Source: Isurus oxyrinchus
Taxonomy: Eukaryota
Reading direction: 5' to 3'
Length of the DNA stretch: 64,000 nt
Assembly (NCBI GenBank): GCA_026770705.1
Contig: JANJGN010000012.1
Span: forward strand, 133,858,001 to 133,922,000
Shown: positions 23,021-35,050 of the stretch, in pieces
Position numbering within the stretch: position 1 is the stretch's first letter
Layout: each line of letters begins with the position of its first letter
Made by a program: the position numbers and the translations under genes
Notes under the pieces: generated by a model
What the model saw: only the letters and a program-made list of their open reading frames with translations
Told to the model about the DNA's origin: nothing
Databases searched by the model: none

Positions 23021-25479
23021 AGATAACAAGGACCTGTTAAAGACATGTGGCAATGGTCTCATTCACCATCCTCCCAATTCACCCTCACCCCCGTCACCCC
23101 ATATTCCATTGATCTGATGCAGTTAGAATCTCGAAATACTGTCCACACTCCCCACTCTCACTTTCCCAAGTTTGCCATCCTGTAGGTTTTCCAGTTCTGT
23201 ACCCACTGTACAGCTGACAAGTACCACAGATGTAGGCCATTCAGGCCCTCAGGTCTGTCCCATCATTTAACAGCTGTTCTTTATCCTAACTTCATCCATC
23301 CGCTTTGGCTCCATATCCCTGAACCAACAAAACGCTAAGCATCTCAGATTTAAAGTGACTCCATGAACTCCGACACGATGCTTTTTGAGAGAGAGAGAGT
23401 TTCACATTTCTTCCAACCCTTTGCATGAAGAAGCTTTTCCTAATTTCTCTCCTGGACGGATTAGCTCTGGTTTTAAGGTTATATTATTTTGTCCTGCACT
23501 GTAAATAGGAACTGGAACGAGAGTGCTCATAAAACCCACTTCATGTGAAACCCCCACCCACAGATATAGAGACAACTTCCAACCACACTCCGCTGAAGCG
23601 GGAAGTGAATGGATATTGTCCAACCCAGTGTGTCACCCAGTCATTCACATTCAGAAAGTAATTAGAAATCCAGGCTAAAATAGCTCCCATCACATCCTCA
23701 AGGATGTTTTGCTTTGTAAGGTTCTATACAAATACAAATTATTGCCATGTTTTAAAACCAATTAAGTCAATGTTATAATGTAGGAAACATCTGCACACAG
23801 CAAGCTCCCACAAGTAATAAGATAACACCAGATAGCCTGTTGGTGGAAGGATAAGTATTGGCCAGGACACCAGGGAGAACTCCCCTGTTCTGTCTTCAAA
23901 ATAGAGCTATGGGATCTGGTATGGTCACCGGACGGACATGGCAGAGAGGGTCTCAGTTTAACATCTCATCCAAAAGACAGCAGCTCTGGCGGCGTAGACT
24001 CCCTCAGTCCTGCACTCGGAGTGTCAGCTTGGATTCTGTGCCACTCTTTTTAGCAGTATGGGCACCACAGCACAGAACTCAATTCAACACCAGTTGGCAA
24101 ACTGCATTCGAAGCACGGGAGGGCTGGTGCAAGAAAAGGAAATAAGTATCACTAGATCCTGTAAGAAGTGCTGGTCGGAGCTGAGGCAGGTTTTTTGGGC
24201 TGAGTACGGCAGCTTTATTACACAGAATTTACACAACAGTAACAGGCTTTTCGGCCTACATGATCCAAGCTGGTGTTTCTCCTCAATGTTAGCTCTCTTC
24301 CACCCGTCTTCATCTTATCCTATCGGCATATCCTTCTATTCCTTTCTACCTCATACGCTTGTTTAACTTTCCCTTCAATGTATCTATATAATTTGCCTCA
24401 ACCACTCGCTGTGGTAGCGAATTCCACATTCTCACCACTCCCTGGGTAAAGAGGTTTCTCCTGAATTCCCCACAATTTCTGCCTCTCTTATTTTTTACAG
24501 CCCCTTAATTTAGGATTCTCTCACAATTAAAAACAGCTTCTCCAAGTCTCCGCTGGCAAAAATCCTTTATAACCGCAAACATATAATAAGAAAGAGGAGT
24601 AGACCATAGGGCTCCTTGATCTATATTTCCTGCACTTTTCCAGCCGCTCCCTATAATGCCCCAAAATCTCTCTCTCTTGGCCTCGAGTATACTCAACGAC
24701 TAAGCATCCACAACCCTCTCAAGTGAAAATCCTCATCCCAGCCTTCAATGGGCAACCCCCTTATTCTGAAACTGTGGCCCCCCATGTTCTACATTCGCCA
24801 GCCGGAGGTGGGGAGGGGAGAAGAAACCCCTACGTCTACCCTGGCAAACCCCTTCGGAATCTTGCAAAGGAATTAGCCATTGTCCACAAGGAACAACCGG
24901 CGTCTCTCCCCATTGCAGAGACACGATTGGTTCTTCGCTTGAGGGGCAACACTCCACATCAAGCCTGGGGCAAGGCAAGGAGACAGGCCAGGCCTCCACG
25001 AGCTACCACAGAAGGGATAAGGGTTGAATTTGCTCCATTGTCATTCTGCATCACACTCTTGCCAACAGACTTAATGAGCCTCTAAGAATCTTGCATTCTT
25101 TATACTTTCATGGGATGTGGGTGTCGACGGCATTTGCTGCCCATACCTAATTGCCCTTGAACTGAGTGGCTTGCTAGGCCATTTCAGAGGGCAGTTACTG
25201 TGGTTCTGTATTCACGGGTAGGCCAGACCAGGTAAGGACAGCAGATTTCCTTCCCTGAGGGACATTAGTGAACCAGATGGGTTTTTATGACAAACGATGG
25301 TACCTTCGTGGTCACCATTAAGACTAGTTTTTAATTCCAAATTTTATTAATTGAATTTAAATTCCCCCAGCTGCCGTGGTGGGATTTGAACCAATGTCCC
25401 CTGGGCATTAGCCTGGGCCTCTGGGTTACTGATCCAGTGATAATACCACTACATCACCGTCTCCCCTTAAATAATTCTC

Positions 25480-26730
25480 CCCTGTATGGGTCAATGAGAT
25501 CATCTCTCATCCTTCTAAACTCCAGAGAATATCAGCCCCATTTACTCAGCTTCTCAACATAGGAGAACCCCCTCATCCCAGTGAACCATGTAAGGAAAAT
25601 TCTGCTGTACCATCTCCAATATCCTTCCTTAAATATGGAGGCCAAAACTGCAGACAGTGTTCCAGGTGCGGTCTCACCTGAGCCCTATACAATAGAGCAA
25701 GCTTCTTTATTCTTGTATCCAATCTCCTTGACATAAAGGTCAATGTACCATTCGCTTTCCGAATTGTTTGCACGCTAATTTTCTGCATTCCTTGCATGAA
25801 CACACCCCTGTCTTCTCTGGACATCAACACTGAAAGTTTCTCAGCGTTTAAAAAATATTCTGCTTTTCTGTTCTTCCTATCTCAGTGAATGACCTCACTT
25901 TTTTCCGAGATTATACTCCCATCTGCCATTTTGTGGGTTGAGAGGTCACAGACTTAACCTGTCTCGAACTCTTGGTTACCTCTGTGCCCTCACGGTTTAC
26001 AATACAAAACCAGGTGGGAATGTAAGTAAAACTTGGATACATTACTGTGTCTCTGCGTCTAAGTCATTACTATAGATTGCAGAGAGCTGAGACACCAGCG
26101 CTGATCCTTGGGGCACTCCAGTGGACGCAACTTGCCAATTTGAAAATGCCCCTTCACCCCTTTGCTTCCTGTCCATTAATAACCCCTCTATCCATGCTAA
26201 TACAGTCGTTAGGTGGTACAGAACTTGAGTATTGCTGAAAAAAAGAGACATGTCAAAGCTTTTCGTCTTGCATCCATCAGGACACTGTACAAGACCAATT
26301 CAAGGCAGAAAACAATTTATACTGTATGTGAAGAGAGTGTTTCTACCAGAGTCCATTTGCTAACCAATCATGGATTGTTACTTTCTCCTTAAATTGGCAC
26401 TCGTACAAAGTATCCTGATGAGTGTGAGATGGAAAACTTTGACATGTCTCTTTTTTCAGCAATACTGATGCTAATATATTACCCCCAACACCATAAGCCT
26501 TTATCTTGTGTAACAACCTTTTCTGTAGAACCTTGTCGAATGCCACTTGGAATTCCAAACATTCAACACCTTTATCTACACTTGATGATTACATCATCAA
26601 AAAGCTCCAATAAATTTATCGGATAATATTTCCTCTTCATAAAACCCCGTTGACTGTCTAAACACACGATGATTTTCTAAATGCCTTGTAAACAACTTCT
26701 CAGTATTAGGTTCCAACATTTCATCGACAG
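25480..26730 (-). mobile_element. Degenerate CR1 LINE interrupted by a Penelope-like insertion
   Basis: Minus-strand remnants AFDKVLQKRLLHKIKAYGVGGNILA, GVPQGSAL...NDLD and LYRAQVRPHLEHCLQFW. Confidence 0.8.
26203..26467. mobile_element. Fold-back Penelope-like insertion (family B) with two opposed hammerhead motifs
   Basis: Inverted arms at about 26229-26295 and 26402-26466; atgctaata duplicated at 26194-26202 and 26468-26476. Confidence 0.75.
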
Positions 26731-27075
26731 CTGAAGATCTCTATCAGGCAGTAACTGAGTCTGGTCGTTTCTACAGGAAAGAGCGTCAGTTCAATCCTTC
26801 CCGCCAGGTATAAACTTCAGTTCTGCTACTGTTTGCGTAAATCCTTTTGTGTTACGTGTTGGATCTATCAGTGACTTTCTTACAGAGGTGACCCTTGTTT
26901 TGGACTGTGCCTACGTTATTAACCTGAATCTGACCCTACTCTCATTGGTCTGGGGGGCTCAGAGTGATTCTGTCCTCCGGGATTAAGACACAAGCTTGGG
27001 AAGAGTTCAGGACATTTTGATTGCTGACACGTGCACAGGAACGCCGCTCGCTCGCGCCGCAGTCACATGGCTGAC

Positions 27076-27263
27076 CTGTGACCTCGTTCTCCTCTGGGTC
27101 CCCCGGCTCTTCCGAGTTGACAGTCACCACCTGGACGGAGACTGAGGATCGGGACACTCCCGCTGGCCACACCTTGTGGGTCTGCATGTGCTTCTTGACG
27201 TTCGATTTCTGAGCAAAGGCACGGCCACAAACAATGCACTGGAACGGCTTCTCCCCTGTGTGG
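27076..27263 (-). CDS. ZNF341: ZNF341 exon 8
   Basis: tttgcag|C CAC; reads [46 protein letters not shown]...ENEVT. The donor G|gtcagc was chosen on phase compatibility and is less certain. Confidence 0.9.
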
Positions 27264-27509
27264 CTGCAAATATAATAAAGGTGGGGGGGGGGGGGGGGGG
27301 GGGGGGGAGAGAGAGGGAGAAGAGGGTCAGAGGTCATTCAGGAGGACCAAGGGTGACAAAGGCATTCCAACTTCAAACAAGTTCAGCAAACTTCATTACC
27401 GTCAACAAAGGGAACATCACATCATGAGAGCTTCAAATCTAGACTTAGGGGGATGATTGTTCAGAGAGTTTTAATACAACTTTGTCAGATCCCTAATGAA
27501 AGAAAAAAA

Positions 27510-27915
27510 GGACTTGCATTTATATAGCACCTTTCACAACCTCAGGAAATCTAAAGTGCTTTACAGCCAATGAAGCACTTTTGAAGTGTAGTCACTGCTA
27601 TAACGTCGGAAACGCAGCAACCAATTAGCACACAGCAAACTCCACCCCCCAAACTGGAATATGATGATGAGCAGGTCACCTGTTTTGAAAATATCGGGCA
27701 GACACTGGGAGAACTCTCCTGGTCTTCTTCAAAATAGTATTGCTGAGTCTTTTACATCTACCCAAGGCAGCCGACAGGGCCTCAGCTTAACCTCTCGTCC
27801 CAAGGACGGCACCTCTGACAGTGCTGCACTCGTTCGATGCCGCACTGAGAGCGTCAGCCTGGATTTTCCTGTCCGAGGATTTTCCTGTCCGAGTCTTGGG
27901 AGTGCGGCCCACTGA
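27510..27915 (-). mobile_element. Deu-domain SINE (SacSINE1/AmnSINE-like)
   Basis: acttgcatttatatagcacctttcac tail and tttacagccaatgaag...gcacagcaa core. Related copies at about 14030-14180, 23770-24050, 30060-30435, 36090-36460 and 37440-37590. Confidence 0.65.
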
Positions 27916-28069
27916 GCCAAGACTGAGCTGAGTGCAGGGGAGTGTCTGATGTAAGCGCTCTCCCGAGCAGGGGTCATGCACAATGAAATCCCGTCAAAAC
28001 TGAGGGGGAGGACCCCGTGCCCCACACCCCTAGCGGTTATTGACTGAAAAATGGGGCCAAGTAGCCATT

Positions 28070-28432
28070 GAGGGAGATGGTGGTGTGGTGATGATGTCAC
28101 TAGACTACTAATCCAGAGGCTAAGGCTGTCCCAGGTCCCAGGAGGACACGGGTTCAAATCCCCACCATGGCAGCTGGTGGAACTTAAGTTCAATTAAATT
28201 AATCTGGAATTATAAAACTAGTCTCAGTAACGGTGACCATGACACGGTTCACTAATGCTCTTCGGGGAAGGAAATCTGCCATCCTTACCTGGTCTGGCCT
28301 ACATGTAACTCCAGACCAACAATAATACAGTTAACCCTTAACTGCCCCTGCAACGGCCAAGTGAGCCACTCAGTTCAAGTCAATTAGGGATGGGTAACAA
28401 ATGCTGGGTCAGCCAGTGACAGCCACATCCCA
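28070..28432 (+). mobile_element. tRNA-derived SINE
   Basis: GGTTCAAATCC B-box, gaaggaaatctgcc core and LINE-type tail ending ccacatccca. Confidence 0.8.
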
Positions 28433-29272
28433 TTACAGAGTATGTGGCAAATAGTGTGAGGGGGGGGTGTGGGGGGGGGTGGGGGCAGGGTGTAATAGGG
28501 AGGATAAGAAAATCAATCTTGCACAGAGACACGCACACATACAGTCCTGCAGATCAGTGAGTGTTAACGCTGAAGTAATCCTCATGGGAGCGAATGGGAT
28601 ATTGCCCACTATAAATGGCAATAGCTGAGAGGAGAATACTTGTTCATAGAAACACACATGTCCTAATACACAGGGAGAGGAGAGGCTGTACTGATGCTAT
28701 AAAAATATCTTCAATCAACACTTTCAGCATCTTTGCTAATCCTTTATGGGTCCCTGGTTCGCTCTCAGTTGGTGCAGTGTGGCCAGTTCTGGGCACCACA
28801 CTTTAGGAAGGATTTCCAAACCGTGGTGACGGTGTAGAAGAGATTTGTCAGAATGGTTCCAGTGGTGAGGGACTTCAGTCGGGTGAAGAGGCTGGAGAAG
28901 CTGGGGTTGTTTGCCTTAGGGGAGGTTAAGAGGGGGCTTTGATAGAGGTGTTCAAAATCATGAGAGGTTTTGAGTGAGTGAATAAAGCAGAAACGGATTC
29001 CAGGGACAGGAGGTTTGGTAACTGGAATGGGGGCACGGATTTAAGATAATTGGCAAAAGAACCAGAGGTGACTTGAGGGAAAGAGGAACGATTTGAAAGG
29101 GAAGGCCGGTGGAATAGGGTTAATTGGATAGCTGCACCAGCACAGGGACAATGGGCTGAATGGCTGCTTCTGTGCTGTATCATTCTATAAGGAGCTAGTC
29201 AGGAGAGGAGACAGACGCTCGGGTGATGGCTCTCGCTTAGACCAGGTCCCAGGAGGAAACCAACCCTCATAC

Positions 29273-29357
29273 CTTCTGATATGCTGCTGGAGGTCAAAGT
29301 TCTTGGCGAACATCTTGTTGCAATAGTGGCATTTCAGCTTCTGCAATTTTCCTTTCC
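29273..29357 (-). CDS. ZNF341: ZNF341 exon 7
   Basis: tatttcag|GG AAA...AGA AG|gtatga; reads [28 protein letters not shown]; 85 nt. Confidence 0.95.
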
Positions 29358-30528
29358 CTGAAATAGAGAGAAAAGAGTTTGCCACGCTCACTCAGGTTTC
29401 CATTCCTCGTTGCTCTTTCCTAACCAGCTGCATTATCGGCTTGTGCAGAAATGCTTTCAGGAGCACTGACCGACACTCCAACCCTTCACTTAGAGGAGGG
29501 ACCCAGAGCCCAAACAGCCCAGTCACAATTCAATGCAGGAGAGATGGTGAAAGAGGCTCTCCATGTGGAACACTGTCACCTGCACCCTACCCCCACCACC
29601 CGTGTCCCTGTTGCACTCACACGGACCAGACACAGGGTACAGATTTCCCATCCACTCTCTTGGTCCCTCACTCAAGTGGCCATTCTCCATTTACACAGTA
29701 AACGGCAGTAGGTTATTCAACTCCAGGAGGCATCACAGCTCATCTCAATCCGATCCTGGGCAGGAGGAGGAGTAATACTGACGATCAGGAACTGGGGATA
29801 ATTTTCCTTCACCCCATCCACGGATTGATGTCTGCACTATTGCACTAACTGAATCTGGGGAGCGGTGGTGGAGATGTTCCTGGGCTGTACCGGGATTTCA
29901 CAGACTCGATGATTGTTACTCGGAGATAAATCTCCCTCCCTCGCTCTCCTCCCAAACAGGCTTGGAAGTTACAAAGATTCTGTTCTCTTATGAGGAAAAT
30001 CCTAATAAACACAAGAGCAAGAGACCAGAAAGAATAACTTCTATGGATGGAACACATACAATTGCATTTCCATGACACCTTTCCCCTCCTCAGAATGTCC
30101 CACAGCACTTCACAGCCAATTAGGTACCTTTGAAGTTTAGTCACGGTTGTGAGGCAACACAGCAGCCAATTTATGCACAGCACGATCCCAAAACAAGGAA
30201 ATGACAATAACCAGGTGACCTGTTTTTGGGGGTTGGGTTGAAGATAAATCTTGGCCCAGGACTCCAGGGAGACCTCCCCTGCTCTTTTGGTGCCGTAGGA
30301 TCTTCTACATCCACCCAAGAGGGCAGATGGACCCTCAGTTTAACGTCTCATCCGAAAGGTGGCGCCTCTGACAGTGCAGCACTCCCTCAGTACCTCAGCC
30401 TGGGTTTTGTGCTCAGGGCTCCGGAGTGGGGACTTAAAATCAGCCAGCTTCTGACAGTTGAGTGGCGGGGGGGCAGGGGGGGGGAGAGACGACACGGGGT
30501 CACCTCCGACTCCTGCTGGGGCCCTCAC

Positions 30529-30721
30529 CTTCTGGAATGCCCACGGTGTCTTTGGGCTGCCTGTTCTTCTCGCTACCAGAATCGAAAGTGGGGAGCTCGT
30601 TGGTTCCAGGGTTCAGTGTTGAGGTGATGATGCTGCTAGTCTTGGTTTTGAAGCCTTGTTTTCCTGGACTATATACAGGCGGAGTGGTGAAGGGTGAACT
30701 CTCCACACACTGACTGGGAAC
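30529..30721 (-). CDS. ZNF341: ZNF341 exon 6
   Basis: ttctgcag|GTT...GAA G|gtgagg; reads VPSQCVESSPFTTPPVYSPGKQGFKTK...PTFDS..., matching recalled VPNQCVE...VYSPGKQGFK; 193 nt. Confidence 0.92.
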
Positions 30722-30780
30722 CTGCAGAAGCAGCACAAAGAGCCGTGACTGCAGACAACCGCAACAGAGTGTATAGCGCA

Positions 30781-31420
30781 GCTCAAACTCCCCCCCCCCG
30801 CAGCTCACACTCCCCCCCGGCCCGGCTCACACTCCCCCCCGGCCCGGCTCACACTCCCCCCCGGCCCGGCTCACACTCCCCCCCGGCCCGGCTCACACTC
30901 CCCCCGGCCCGGCTCACACTCCCCCCCGGCCCGGCTCACACTCCCCCCCGGCCCGGCTCACACTCCCCCCCGGCCCGGCTCACACTCCCCCCCGGCCCGG
31001 CTCACACTCCCCCCCGGCCCGGCTCACACTCCCCCCCGGCCCGGCTCACACTCCCCCTCCCTCTGTAGTTCAAACTCCCAGTCACCTCCCCCCCCACCCC
31101 ACCACCTGCTTCACACTCCTCCCCCTGCCCGCCTCAAACTGCACCCCCCCGCAGTTCAAACTCCCCCCCCACCACCGCAGCTCAAACTCCCCCCCACCCC
31201 CGCAGCTCAAACTCCCCCCCGGCCCGGCTCACACTCCCCCTCCCTCTGTAGTTCAAACTCCCAGTCACCTCCCCCCCCCACCCCACCACCTGCCTCACAC
31301 TCCTCCCCCTGCCCGCCTCAAACTGCCCCCCCCCCCGCAGCTCAAACTCCCCCCCGCCGCAGCTCACACACACCTCCCCCCCCGCCCCACCGCCCGCCTC
31401 ACACTCTTCTACCCCCCCCA
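30781..31420. repeat. C-rich ~23-bp minisatellite (CCCGGCCCGGCTCACACTCCCCC) followed by a ~120-bp direct repeat
   Basis: Tandem units from 30800 to 31060; 31038-31154 is repeated at 31221-31340. Confidence 0.93.
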
Positions 31421-32189
31421 CCACTCATAAAACCCAACAGGCAGCTGCTCTTCAGTAAAGAGATGACCTGAGGGGTGACCTGAGGGTAGAGGTAGCAACA
31501 ACCTTTGCGCCTATGGGGGTGGGGGAGTCCACAAGTAGGGGGCCATCAATATAAGACAGTCACTAATAAATCCAATCGGGAATTCAGGAGAAATGTCTTT
31601 ACCCGGAGAGTGAGGCGAATGTGGAACTGGCTCACACAGGGAGCGATTGAGGTGAATATTATCGATGGATTTAAGGGGAAGTTGGATAAGCAAGAGGGAG
31701 AAAGGGATAGAAGGACATGATGATGGGGTGAGACGAAGAGGGGGTGGGAGAAGGCTCGTGGGGAGCGGAACCTCTGATATAGACCAGCGAGGATCCTGTG
31801 TCTGTGCTTCAGAAACTGTAACTCTCCACTCCATAAGATTACAAGAGAAACAGGACAGGAAAGGGTTAATTCAAAATCACTTCAATCGAAACCGCGACAA
31901 ACAGAGCAGGTCAGTCAATTCTCCAACTGATGTACACCCTGCTTCCAAGAGTGAGAAACACAGAAAGAGGAGGCTCCCAGAGATCCCACAACTAGTGAGG
32001 AAAACAGTTGGAGTCTGTGACTTGGATCCGAACTGAACGGGAAACCCAAAATTCCGGGGCTCTGGGGAGTTAAAATGCACCATCACACAGGGATATCGGC
32101 CAATAGGGAGCAATGGGATTAGTCCGAGGGATAGGGAGGGAGTGCGGAAGGGATTTCATCAGAGGGAGAGAGAGCAGTGAAGTGGGATT

Positions 32190-33696
32190 TAATCACTGAG
32201 AGAAAGAGCGGGAGCAGTGGGATTTGGTCACTGGGAAAGGGAGGGGGGGCAGTGGGATTTAGTCACTGGGAGAGAGAGGGGGGGCAGTGGGATTTAGTCA
32301 CTGGGAGAGAGAGCGGGTGCAGTGGGATTTAGTCACTGAGAGAGAGAGCGGGGGCAGTGGGATTTAATCACTAAGAGAGAGCAGGGGCAGTGGGATTTAG
32401 TCACTGGGAGAGAGAGCGGGTGCAGTGGGATTTAGTCACTGGGAGAGAGAGTGGGTGCAGTGGGATTTAGTCACTGGGAGAGAGAGCGGGTGCAGTGGGA
32501 TTTAGTCACTGGGAGAGAGAGCAGGAGCAGTGGGATTTAGTCAATGGGAAAAGGAGGGGGGGCAGTGGGATTTAGTCACTGGGAAAGGGAGCGGGGGCAG
32601 TGGGATTTAGTCACTGGGAGAGAGAGTGGGGGCCGTGGGATTTAATCACTGGGAGAGAGAGCGGGGGCAGTGGGATTTAGTCACTGGGAAAGGGAGCGGG
32701 GGCAGTGGGATTTGGTCACTGGGAGAGAGAACGGGGGCAGTGGGATTTAGTCACTGGGAAAGGGAGCGGGGGCAGTGGGATTTAGTCACTGGGAAAAGGA
32801 GCAGGAGCAGTGGGATTTAGTCACTGGGAAAAGGAGCGGGGGCAGTGGATTTAGTCACTGGGAGAGAGCGGGGGCAGTGGGATTTAGTCACTGGGAAAAG
32901 GAGCAGGGGCAGTGGGATTTAGTCACTGGGAGAGAGAGCAGGGCAGTGGGAGTTAGTCACTGGGAGAGAGTGGGGGCAGTGGGATTTAGTCACTGGGAGA
33001 GAGCGGGGGCAGTGGGATTTAGTCACTGGGAAAGGGAGCGGGGGCAGTGGGATTTAGTCACTGGGAGAGAGAGCAGGGCTGTGGGATTTAGTCACTGGGA
33101 GAGAGAGCGGGGGCAATGGGATATAGTCACTGGGAGAGAGAGCGGGGGCAATGGGATATAGTCACTGGGAGAGAGCAGGGCAGTGGGATTTAGTCACTGG
33201 GAAAGGGAGTGGGGACAGTGGGATTTAGTCACTGGGAGAGAGCGGGGGCAGTGTGATTTAGTCACTGGGTGAGAGAGCGGGTGCAGTGGGATTTAGTCAC
33301 TGGGAAAGGGAGCGGGAGCGGTGGGATTTAGTCACTGGGAGAGAGAGCAGGGCAGTGGGATTTAGTCACTGGGAGAGAGAGCAGGGGCAGTGGGATTTAG
33401 TCACTGAGAGAGAGAGCGGGGGCAGTGGGATTTAGTCAATGGGAAAGGGAGGGGGGCAGTGAGATTTAGTCACTGGGAAAGGGACCGGGGGCAGTGGGAT
33501 TTAGTCACTGGGAAAGAGAGCGGGGGCAGTGGGATTTAGTCACTGGGAAAGGGAGCGGGGGCAGTGGGATTTAGTCACTGGGAGAGAGAGCGGGAGCAAT
33601 GGGATTTAGTCATTGGGAGAGAGAGCAGGGCAGTGGGATTTAGTCACTGGGAGAGAGAGCGGGTGCAGTGGGATTTAGTCACTGGGAAAGGGAGCA
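32190..33696. repeat. 33-35-bp minisatellite (GCAGTGGGATTTAGTCACTGGGAGAGAGAGCGGGG)
   Basis: More than 40 tandem units running into the assembly gap. Confidence 0.97.
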
Positions 33697-33796
33697 NNNN
33701 NNNNNNNNNNNNNNNNNNNNNNNNNNNNNNNNNNNNNNNNNNNNNNNNNNNNNNNNNNNNNNNNNNNNNNNNNNNNNNNNNNNNNNNNNNNNNNNN
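33697..33796. other. Assembly gap (100 N, probably unsized)
   Basis: Run of exactly 100 N between two different tandem arrays. Confidence 0.98.
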
Positions 33797-35050
33797 GAGT
33801 GAGGGAAGTGAGGAAGGAGAGGGGTGAGTGAGGGAAGGAGAGGGGTGAGTGAGGGAAGGAGAGGGGTGAGTGAGGGAAGGAGAGGGGTGAGTGAGGAGGA
33901 GAGGGGTGAGTGAGGGAAGGAGAGGGGTGAGTGAGGGAAGGAGAGGGGTGAGTGAGGGAAGGAGAGGGGTGAGTGAGGGAAGGAGAGGGGTGAGTGAGGG
34001 AAGGAGAGGGGTGAGTGAGGGAAGGAGAGGGGGTGAGTGAGGGAAGGAGAGGGGTGAGTGAGGGAAGGAGAGGGGTGAGTGAGGGAAGGAGAGGGGTGAG
34101 TGAGGGAAGGAGAGGGGTGAGTGAGGGAAGGAGAGGGGTGAGTGAGGGAAGGAGAGGGGTGAGTGAGGGAAGGAGAGGGGTGAGTGAGGGAAGGAGAGGG
34201 GTGAGTGAGGGAAGGAGAGGGGGTGAGTGAGGGAAGGAGAGGGGTGAGTGAGGGAGAGAGGGAGGTGAGTGAGGGAAGGAGAGGGGTGAGTGAGGGAAGG
34301 AGAGAGGGGTGAGTGAGGGAAGGAGAGGGGTGAGTGAGGGAAGGAGAGAGGGTGAGTGAGGGAAGGAGAGAGGGTGAGTGAGGGAAGGAGAGGGGTGAGT
34401 GAGGGAAGGAGAGGGTGAGTGAGGGAAGGAGAGGGTGAGTGAGGGAAGGAGAGGGTGAGTGAGGGAAGGAGAGGGTGAGTGAGGGAAGGAGAGGGATGAG
34501 TGAGGGAAGGAGAGGGTGAGTGAGGGAAGGAGAGGGTGAGTGAGGGAAGGAGAGGGTGAGTGAGGGAAGGAGAGGGTGAGTGAGGGAAGGAGAGGGTGAG
34601 TGAGGGAAGGAGAGGGTGAGTGAGGGAAGGAGAGGGTGAGTGAGTGAGGGCAGGAGGGGGAGTGAGTGAGGGAAGGAGGGGGAGTGAGTGAGGGCAGGAG
34701 GGGGAGGAGTGAGTGAGGGAAGGAGGGGGAGTGAGTGAGGGAAGGAGGGGGGAGTGAGTGAGGGAAGGAGGGGGGAGTGAGTGAGGGGAGGGGGGAGTGA
34801 GTGAGGGAAGGAGGGGGGAGTGAGTGAGGGAAGGAGGGGGGAGTGAGTGAGGGAAGGAGGGGGAGTGAGTGAGGGAAGGAAGGGGTGAGTGAGGGAAGGA
34901 GGGGGGGTGAGTGAGGGAAGGAGGGGGGGTGAGTGAGGGAAGGAGGGGGGGGTGAGTGAGGGAAGGAGGGGGTGAGTGAGGGAAGGAGAGGGTGAGTGAG
35001 GGAAGGGGGGATGAGTGAGGGATGGAGGTGGATGGAGTGAGTGAAGGAGG
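33797..35050. repeat. 20-23-bp purine-rich minisatellite (GAGTGAGGGAAGGAGAGGGGT)
   Basis: Directly visible; source of the PSLT/FPHS ORFs. Confidence 0.97.

Noticed and set aside
20159-23117. Very long ORFs (up to 967 aa) rich in RE or SL dipeptides
   Set aside because: Translation of a stop-free simple repeat in several frames, running through an N gap.
32190-33696. CRISPR-like constant core with variable linkers
   Set aside because: The linkers are 10-14 nt variants of one purine-rich sequence, not unique spacers, and no cas genes are present.
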